The translations under genes were made by a program, and so were the position numbers. Under the pieces are notes generated by a model. It saw nothing but the letters and a program-made list of their open reading frames with translations. It had not been told where the DNA came from and searched no databases. This document shows, one piece after another, positions 57,869 to 64,000 of a stretch of DNA of 64,000 nt. Within the stretch, counting starts at the first letter, position 1; each line of letters opens with the position of its first letter. Source of the DNA: an uncultured archaeon (GTDB lineage: Archaea; Thermoplasmatota; Penumbrarchaeia; JASLWR01); the NCBI GenBank assembly GCA_964342815.1, contig CAYFHS010000002.1:248790-312789 (forward strand). The letters run 5' to 3'.

Positions 57869-59152
57869 CTATAATTCCACCTTTTGGAACTTTTCCCTGC
57901 CGCCAAGGGGCATGGTGGCATCGAATATCGCCTTTGCGGTGTAGCCGTCGGGACTGCTGGGATCGAGAGACGAACCCCGCTGAGCCTTAATAATTTTCAG
58001 ATCATTATCGGACTGGAACCGCGTTGCCATCGCCCACTCGAGTTCCTGCGCTGAGAAAATATCGATATCATCGTCAACCACGGAAACGTGCTTCATGGAG
58101 GTATGGGCTCCGAGGGCCAGTTCACCTGCCCGCATTCCATCGTCCTCGTTTCGCTTTTCGATTGAGACCGCTCCGTGCAGCCACGAGCATCCTCCCGGGG
58201 TTAGAAAAACGTTTTTTACGTCCAATCCACTGTTTTTCAGCACGTCGTAGATCCTGGCTTCCCGGGGCATGCCCATCAGGAGAAAATGCTCGTAACCGCC
58301 TGGGAGAATTGCGTGAAATAAGGGTTCGTCACGGTGGTATATACGGTCGATCTTGAGAACCGGTTGTTGTCTTATGCGGTCCCGGGTTCCGGTTATATCC
58401 ACAAAAGGACCTTCGTCTCCCTGTTGTGCGGTAAGACGTCCAAGCAAAACATACTCGCTGCCGACCGGGACAGCGCATCCGTTCTCCATTTCATACAGTT
58501 CGATATCCCCGTTTCCGATAATTCGTGAAATGGAATTTGCGATTTTGTATTCCTCCATATCCGGACCTACCGATATGGCTCCGGCGATGGCAACCTCCGG
58601 CGGAACGCCTATGGCTATTGCCACGGCAAGCTCGTTTCCTGCTTCCACAGAAGCCTGGTATCGGCGGTAAAGGTCCCGCTCCACCAGCCTTACCGTTCCC
58701 GTGTCGCTGCCGGTGATCATGACCCGGTGATATGATATATTATTGTTATCAAGGACTCCGGCCGAGAATATCGAAGCCGTGAGATAGGGCCCGCCGTCAC
58801 CAGGGTAGAAAATGGGTATCGGGAGAGCTCCGAGATCAACGGGGGATATCTCGTTTTTAAGGAAAGGGGCGTCATCCACGATTCGCGGGTTCGAGGGTTC
58901 CCGAATCGCTCTCGATATGAGAGGCAGCAGGTCGGCGGGAGTGGCGGAGAGGCATTCGGATACGAAGTTACGGTCGGCGTAGAGGTTGGCGCAGACCTTC
59001 GTGCCGTTTACGTTGTGAAATAACAGAGGTGTTTTGCCTTGGCGCGCGATGATTCGGGAGAGCTCCAGCTCCGGTGATACTTTTTCCGATAACTCTACGA
59101 TATCACTGCATCGTTCGATACAAGTACGAAAGTTCATATTATCCGTTCCCAA
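57869..59152 (-). CDS. UbiD-family (prFMN-dependent) decarboxylase
   Basis: YPGDGGPY, SYHR, DEGPFVDITG, GMPRE, GGCSWLH, VDDDIDI, WAMATRFQ, DATMP. Confidence 0.93.
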   Translation of the reverse strand: MGTDNMNFRTCIERCSDIVELSEKVSPELELSRIIARQGKTPLLFHNVNGTKVCANLYADRNFVSECLSATPADLLPLISRAIREPSNPRIVDDAPFLKNEISPVDLGALPIPIFYPGDGGPYLTASIFSAGVLDNNNISYHRVMITGSDTGTVRLVERDLYRRYQASVEAGNELAVAIAIGVPPEVAIAGAISVGPDMEEYKIANSISRIIGNGDIELYEMENGCAVPVGSEYVLLGRLTAQQGDEGPFVDITGTRDRIRQQPVLKIDRIYHRDEPLFHAILPGGYEHFLLMGMPREARIYDVLKNSGLDVKNVFLTPGGCSWLHGAVSIEKRNEDDGMRAGELALGAHTSMKHVSVVDDDIDIFSAQELEWAMATRFQSDNDLKIIKAQRGSSLDPSSPDGYTAKAIFDATMPLGGREKFQKVEL

Positions 59153-59284
59153 CAGCCGTTCAATAGAAAGAAAACTCGCTTCATACTATTAAAACGTGTT
59201 TATCGAAATACCAAGACGTTTACCGAACTTCCTTTATGTGAAATAGAAATCAAGCAAAATGAAAATATAGGAAATTTATATTAA

Positions 59285-59300
59285 GTTATAACGTTATAAC
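59285..59300. promoter_or_regulatory. perfect 16-bp palindrome, candidate toxin-antitoxin autorepression operator
   Basis: GTTATAACGTTATAAC lies between TTTATATTAA and the antitoxin ATG at 59307. Confidence 0.7.
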
Positions 59301-59306
59301 ATTAAT

Positions 59307-59528
59307 ATGGCGAAAATGTTTGATGCAAAGCTGCGTCCAGTAGGAAATTCACTGGGTTTTATAGTTCCAAAAGAAATCATAAAAGGTAATGGATATCAAA
59401 AAGGCGATATTATCCATGTTGCCATTCCATCGAATGATCTGGAGCACCGTAACGATAAACTGAAAAATATAGCTGGCATTTATTCTGACAAACCTCGATT
59501 TGAGAGAGAAAAGGGAGATCGTTTTTAA
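59307..59528 (+). CDS. vapB: AbrB/MazE-like antitoxin
   Basis: KLRPVGNSLGFIVPKEII..KGDII. Confidence 0.88.
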   Translation: MAKMFDAKLRPVGNSLGFIVPKEIIKGNGYQKGDIIHVAIPSNDLEHRNDKLKNIAGIYSDKPRFEREKGDRF

Positions 59529-59917
59529 TGTTTATCGATACTTCGGTTTTGATCGAACTTTTAAAATCCAAACCAGGTTCGGAAATCTTCGAGAAAATAT
59601 ATTCTCATATCAGGGAAGAAAATCTATTCATTTCAGTCATTCAAATGGGCGAAATTTCGGACTGGTGTTTTAGAAACGATGAAGATCCGTCGAAGATAAT
59701 GCCTGAATTGAAAGAGATAGTGGAGATATTGGAACTTGGTGAAGAGATCGTACTTCGAGCGTCGAAAATAAAATATGAACGTAGAAGAGAAGGATTCAAG
59801 AAGTTTGGTTTGATCGACGGATTGATCCTGGCAAGTTCAAGATATCTGGGCGAGACCTTGTTGACATATGACGCGGACTTTCGGGACTTGAATGATGTAA
59901 TTCTATTGAAGAAATAA
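59528..59917 (+). CDS. vapC: VapC/PIN toxin (apparently intact)
   Basis: FIDTSVLIE, MGEI, GLIDGLILAS, LLTYDADF; start overlaps the antitoxin stop (TAATG). Confidence 0.92.
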   Translation: MFIDTSVLIELLKSKPGSEIFEKIYSHIREENLFISVIQMGEISDWCFRNDEDPSKIMPELKEIVEILELGEEIVLRASKIKYERRREGFKKFGLIDGLILASSRYLGETLLTYDADFRDLNDVILLKK

Positions 59918-60071
59918 TGAAGTGTCCCGCTCATAATCTCCGATTGATTCTACTTGATTCTCCACCCGTCCAATCATCTCTTTTCCCATCAGTGTGTCTA
60001 ACAATCATAATCTATAAATAATTAAAACCTTATTTTACAATGTCTCGCTATCCAGACATCAAGGAGTTACC

Positions 60072-63000
60072 ATGTATTCCAAAAAAGCTGTTACTCTGGC
60101 TTTGACTTTGCTTCTTCTCTCTTCCTATGCAATCATCGATTTTGATCAAACTTCAACAGAGAACAGGGACGCGCGCCTTTCTTCTAACAACGAACTGAGT
60201 AAAGATGAAACCTACAGAACCAGGTTTGCTGGGGGAAATGGGACCGAAGATGATCCATATCAGATATCTAATGTCACGCAGTTGCAGGATATGAATTTGG
60301 ACCTGGCTGCGAGTTATATATTGGTTAATGATATTGATGCATCCGAGACGAGAGGATGGAATGACGGGAGGGGATTTTCTCCTATAGCGAAAGATATTGG
60401 GGAGGAAGTAAATCAATTCACTGGAAGCCTTAATGGAAATGGATGTCATATCACTGATTTATATATCAACAGGCCGTCTGAGGACAATATCGGTCTATTT
60501 TGTGATATCAGTAATAGTGGACATATTAGCAATGTCAGTTTGATTGGTAGCAAGGTAAACGGTGATCGAAATGTTGGTGGGCTGGTGGGATTCAGTTGGT
60601 TTGGTACCATAAAGAATTGCTATGCAACAGGAGATATGAGCGGAGGATGGTATGTCGGTGGACTAGTGGGTGAAAATGGAGGTACGGTCCTGAACTGTTC
60701 TGCAACAGGAAATCTCACCAGTGATTCTAGAAGTGGTGGGTTAGTGGGTTACAATAAAGGCACTATACAGAACTGCTATGCAACAGGATATGTGAATGGG
60801 AAATGGAATATCGGGGGACTTGTGGGTTTTAACGCAGGTCCATTAGAGAACTGCTATGCAACAGGATATGTGATAGGAGAAGAAGGTATCGGCGGATTGG
60901 TGGGCTGGATTGTTTCCGAAGGACCGATAAGGAACTGCTATGCAACAAGTAATGTGACTGGTGATCAGAATATTGGTGGATTGGTGGGATTAAACGGTGG
61001 CGCGGTCTGGAATTCTTATGCAACAGGAAATGTTACCGGAGAAACAGAGTATGTTGGCGGGCTGGTGGGAAAAAATAAAGGCCCAATACATAACAGCTAT
61101 GCAATAGGAAATGTGAGCGCTCATCGCACCGTCGGTGGACTGGTCGGTATGAACAAAGATGCTTCGATCGAAAACTGCACGTCAATAGTAAACATTAATG
61201 GAAGTTGGAATATCGGTGGGCTTATAGGTAATAACCAGTTCGGAACGGTACAAAACTGCACTACAGCGAGCAATGTAAGTGGGGACAACTATATCGGTGG
61301 ACTGATCGGAAGCAGTTCTGGCACGATACAGAACTGCTCTTCCATAGGTAATGTGAAGGGAGAAGAGAATGTTGCCGGATTGGTTGGATTCAATTCTGGC
61401 ACGGTACAGAAATGCTCTGCAACAGGTAATGTGAGCGGGAATTTGAGTGTCGGCGGACTCATAGGTAATAACCAGTTTGGATCACTATATGACTGCTATA
61501 CCATCGGAAATATCAGCGGTATACGGAATGTTGGTGGACTCGTTGGACAACTCAATTTAAGCTACAATTTCCCGTGGAAAAGCTTCAACTCATTTTATTG
61601 TATCAATTATACTACTGTTAACAACAAGCATTATGTTACGCCTTATGGCATCTATAAAAACCAGTTCGAGGATTGGATAAGTAATGGAAAATCACTTGAT
61701 ATAGATGATTATCTTTCCAAAATACCAGGTACAAATAACTATAATATTTCTAGTGTTTCTGATATGAAAAAAATGTTACCATTCGCTTCATTTCCTTATT
61801 ACAAGTTCAAACAAACTTCTGATATCAACCTGGCATCTGAGACGGAGTTTTATATACCCATTCTAAAAAGCGAGTACAATGGAAATGGTCATTCGATATC
61901 GCATTTGGAAATTACATATTATAATAATGATAATTTAGGTATGTTTGGCACAATCTATGTTGGAGGATCTGTAGTTAATGTTTCCATAATCAATAGTCAA
62001 GTAAGTGGTAATGATCTAATCGGAGGACTCTCAGGATACAATCAAGGTGTGATATTAAACTGCTCCACAGCTGGAAATACCATAGGTATTGATAGTGTGG
62101 GTGGACTGGTAGGATTCAACTCGGCGACGATCCAGAACTGCTATGCAACAGGAGATATGAGCGGAGGATGGTATGTCGGTGGGTTAGTAGGATTCAATCG
62201 TGACAAAGTGAATAACTCATATGCTACTGGAGAAGTGATTGGAGATTATGAAGTTGGAGGATTGGTGGGATTGAGTGATTCCGAAGGATCGATAAGGAAT
62301 TGCTATGCAACAGGTAATGTTACGGGTGTTCTGAATCTTGGAGGATTGGTGGGATTTGTTACCCATGGATCGATAAAGAACTGCTATGCAACAGGTAATG
62401 TGATTGGAGATTTTGTGATTGGAGGATTGGTGGGATTTGTTACCTATGGATCGATAACGAACTGCTACACAACAGGCTATGTTACAGGGGATGTGGATGT
62501 TGGTGGGCTAGTGGGAGACAATTTGATGAGCATTGTAGAGAACTGTTTCTGGGATATTGATACTTCTAGTCAGCCAAACAGCTTCGGCGGTAAAGGTAAA
62601 ACTACAATAGAAATGATGACAAAAAGTACTTTCACAGAGGCGGGTTGGGATTTCGAAAGTATCTGGGCCATAAATGAATATGTTGATTACCCCCATCTTC
62701 AGTGGGAACGAAGAATAAAAATTGAGCCCGATGACTACGATAATGATAGTATCCCTGACATCATCGACGATTTTCCGACTGATCCTGCTGCTTCCATTGA
62801 TATGGATAGTGACGGCTCACCAGATCAATGGAATCCCGGAATGAACGAAACAAATTCAACTACGGGATTACATCTGGACGCATTTCCCCTGGACCCTGCA
62901 GCATCTCTGGATTCCGACAAAGATGGTATGCCGGACAAGTGGAATCCTGGGATGGACCAGAGTGATTCAACCTCGTATCCCCCATTAGAACTCGATATTT

Positions 63001-63212
63001 ACCCAAACGATCCGGAGAACAAGTCACCTGGAGACAATAGCACTGAGACAACGACCGATAGCAGTTCAAAAACCTGGATTTGGGTGTCAGTGGCCGTAAT
63101 GATCGTATTATTGGTCGCAGTTATTTTTGCCGTAGTGATCCGAAAGAAACGAAAGCCACAAGAAAAAGAAGAAAAAAATGATCTTGGCAGGGTTGAACCT
63201 GATGAGAAATAG
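60072..63212 (+). CDS. GLUG-repeat cell-surface protein with thrombospondin type-3-like Ca-binding repeats and C-terminal TM
   Basis: FAGGNGTEDDPYQI; more than 20 (V/I)GGLVG..G.I.NCYATG repeats in two modules; DDYDNDSIPD..DDFPTDP repeats; TM followed by RKKRK. Confidence 0.9.
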   Translation: MYSKKAVTLALTLLLLSSYAIIDFDQTSTENRDARLSSNNELSKDETYRTRFAGGNGTEDDPYQISNVTQLQDMNLDLAASYILVNDIDASETRGWNDGRGFSPIAKDIGEEVNQFTGSLNGNGCHITDLYINRPSEDNIGLFCDISNSGHISNVSLIGSKVNGDRNVGGLVGFSWFGTIKNCYATGDMSGGWYVGGLVGENGGTVLNCSATGNLTSDSRSGGLVGYNKGTIQNCYATGYVNGKWNIGGLVGFNAGPLENCYATGYVIGEEGIGGLVGWIVSEGPIRNCYATSNVTGDQNIGGLVGLNGGAVWNSYATGNVTGETEYVGGLVGKNKGPIHNSYAIGNVSAHRTVGGLVGMNKDASIENCTSIVNINGSWNIGGLIGNNQFGTVQNCTTASNVSGDNYIGGLIGSSSGTIQNCSSIGNVKGEENVAGLVGFNSGTVQKCSATGNVSGNLSVGGLIGNNQFGSLYDCYTIGNISGIRNVGGLVGQLNLSYNFPWKSFNSFYCINYTTVNNKHYVTPYGIYKNQFEDWISNGKSLDIDDYLSKIPGTNNYNISSVSDMKKMLPFASFPYYKFKQTSDINLASETEFYIPILKSEYNGNGHSISHLEITYYNNDNLGMFGTIYVGGSVVNVSIINSQVSGNDLIGGLSGYNQGVILNCSTAGNTIGIDSVGGLVGFNSATIQNCYATGDMSGGWYVGGLVGFNRDKVNNSYATGEVIGDYEVGGLVGLSDSEGSIRNCYATGNVTGVLNLGGLVGFVTHGSIKNCYATGNVIGDFVIGGLVGFVTYGSITNCYTTGYVTGDVDVGGLVGDNLMSIVENCFWDIDTSSQPNSFGGKGKTTIEMMTKSTFTEAGWDFESIWAINEYVDYPHLQWERRIKIEPDDYDNDSIPDIIDDFPTDPAASIDMDSDGSPDQWNPGMNETNSTTGLHLDAFPLDPAASLDSDKDGMPDKWNPGMDQSDSTSYPPLELDIYPNDPENKSPGDNSTETTTDSSSKTWIWVSVAVMIVLLVAVIFAVVIRKKRKPQEKEEKNDLGRVEPDEK

Positions 63213-63271
63213 AATTTTCAACTTCGGAGAAATGGCGTGGGAGTGATAGTCACCTTTCTGATTACGTATAT

Positions 63272-63380
63272 CTTCTGCTCCCGCAGAAGCCGGGGGGGCT
63301 AGCCCCCTTTTTCTTTGTTTTTATTTTTTATTTTTCGGTCGGGCCGGTGTACGCTTCGCTCGCCTTATGGCCCCCGGCCC
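63272..63380. repeat. hairpin cluster (terminator plus REP-like element)
   Basis: CTTCTGC/GCAGAAG; GGGGGGCTAGCCCCCC followed by a T-tract; GGGCCGG..CGCTTCGCTCG..CCGGCCC. Confidence 0.55.
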
Positions 63381-63503
63381 TCTTTATACAAAAGAAAAAT
63401 CATAAAGAACGACGTAAATAAGGTGTCAAGCTCTACATAACTATTTATATCATGCAGAATATCGCAGTTCTATTGATAAAAAAAACATAAAGGAGCGATT
63501 CGG

Positions 63504-63794
63504 ATGGCATACAAGGTAAGAATGGTAGAGATGGCCGGCAAACTGTATTTGGAGATACCTCAGGAGGTTCAGGATGACCTCGAGATAAACCCGGATGGGT
63601 TGGCATCCGTTAAGGTGTATAACAGGCGGTCGTTTCTCGTGGAAATTAACGTCGCCGCAGATGCAAAGAGATCCAAGTGCGAGGCGTGCCTCCAGCGAGA
63701 TGGGAAATTCATGTGTAAATTGTGCAAGCACTGGATCTGCTCGTCGTGTTTCTGGGAGATGGGAGGCATCTGCCGCAAGTGCATGGGAAAGTGA
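63504..63794 (+). CDS. small protein: AbrB-like N-terminus plus C-terminal 8-Cys Zn finger
   Basis: VRMVEMAGKLYLEIPQEVQDDLEI; CEAC-x8-CKLC-x4-CSSC-x7-CRKC. Confidence 0.7.
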   Translation: MAYKVRMVEMAGKLYLEIPQEVQDDLEINPDGLASVKVYNRRSFLVEINVAADAKRSKCEACLQRDGKFMCKLCKHWICSSCFWEMGGICRKCMGK

Positions 63795-63811
63795 TTTTCG
63801 GGTGCAGCTGA

Positions 63812-64000
63812 ATGATAACCATCAAATCAAGCTCGCAGGATGCGGTGGTGCTTCGTTATCTGCTGGAAAAATATCCTGTGACGGTAAAAGAACTTTCCGA
63901 TATGCTGACGCTTCCAAAAAGAACGTTGGATCAGGTAATAAAGAGGCTGAAACGGAGGGGCATCATCATACTGGAGCCGTTGCCTGGGAAAACCTACGTT
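63812..64000 (+). CDS. winged-helix HTH protein, partial (runs off the window)
   Basis: MITIKSSSQDAVVLRYLLEKYPVTVKELSDMLTLPKRTLDQVIKRLKRRGII. Confidence 0.75.
   Translation, partial: MITIKSSSQDAVVLRYLLEKYPVTVKELSDMLTLPKRTLDQVIKRLKRRGIIILEPLPGKTYV

Noticed and set aside
60600-62500. Diversity-generating retroelement TR/VR pair among the GLUG repeats
   Set aside because: Mismatches are not adenine-specific and no reverse transcriptase is present
1-64000. tRNA, rRNA or CRISPR array
   Set aside because: No cloverleaf/T-loop signatures, rRNA-like segments or regularly spaced direct repeats seen

Overview
Archaeal chromosomal segment, most likely Thermoplasmatota. Evidence: eS1/S3Ae, type II MetAP, AsnRS, Zn-finger KptA, a dnaK-dnaJ locus and GGAGGTGA-type SD sites. 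From left to right it holds: (i) 0.3-20 kb, giant membrane-anchored surface proteins (S8 protease with six Ig-like repeats beside a glutaminyl cyclase; a 1733-aa PKD protein with a cytoplasmic triple Zn-ribbon tail; a 2035-aa DUF2341/LamG/Asp-box protein with a cytoplasmic RING-like finger), plus an AT-rich gene bracketed by hairpin-rich elements; (ii) 20.2-28.9 kb, an AT-rich accessory island (HxlR regulator facing an unannotated 27-aa Cys peptide, two toxin-antitoxin pairs with broken toxins, duplicated small membrane proteins); (iii) 29-36 kb, a bacterial-type carbonyl-branch Wood-Ljungdahl operon in which CODH (AcsA/CooS) and ACS (AcsB) form one 1373-aa ORF, with no acsE or cooC; (iv) a heat-shock regulator-dnaK-dnaJ locus with no grpE; (v) a degenerate CPBP protease and a frameshifted ~1590-aa polytopic membrane protein; (vi) a bacterial-style pyrC-K-D-F-E operon, translation genes, PqqD-like/UbiD genes, an intact VapBC and a GLUG-repeat surface protein. 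I saw no rRNA, tRNA, CRISPR array, integrase or intact transposase. All family assignments come from motif recognition by eye; no database searches were run.
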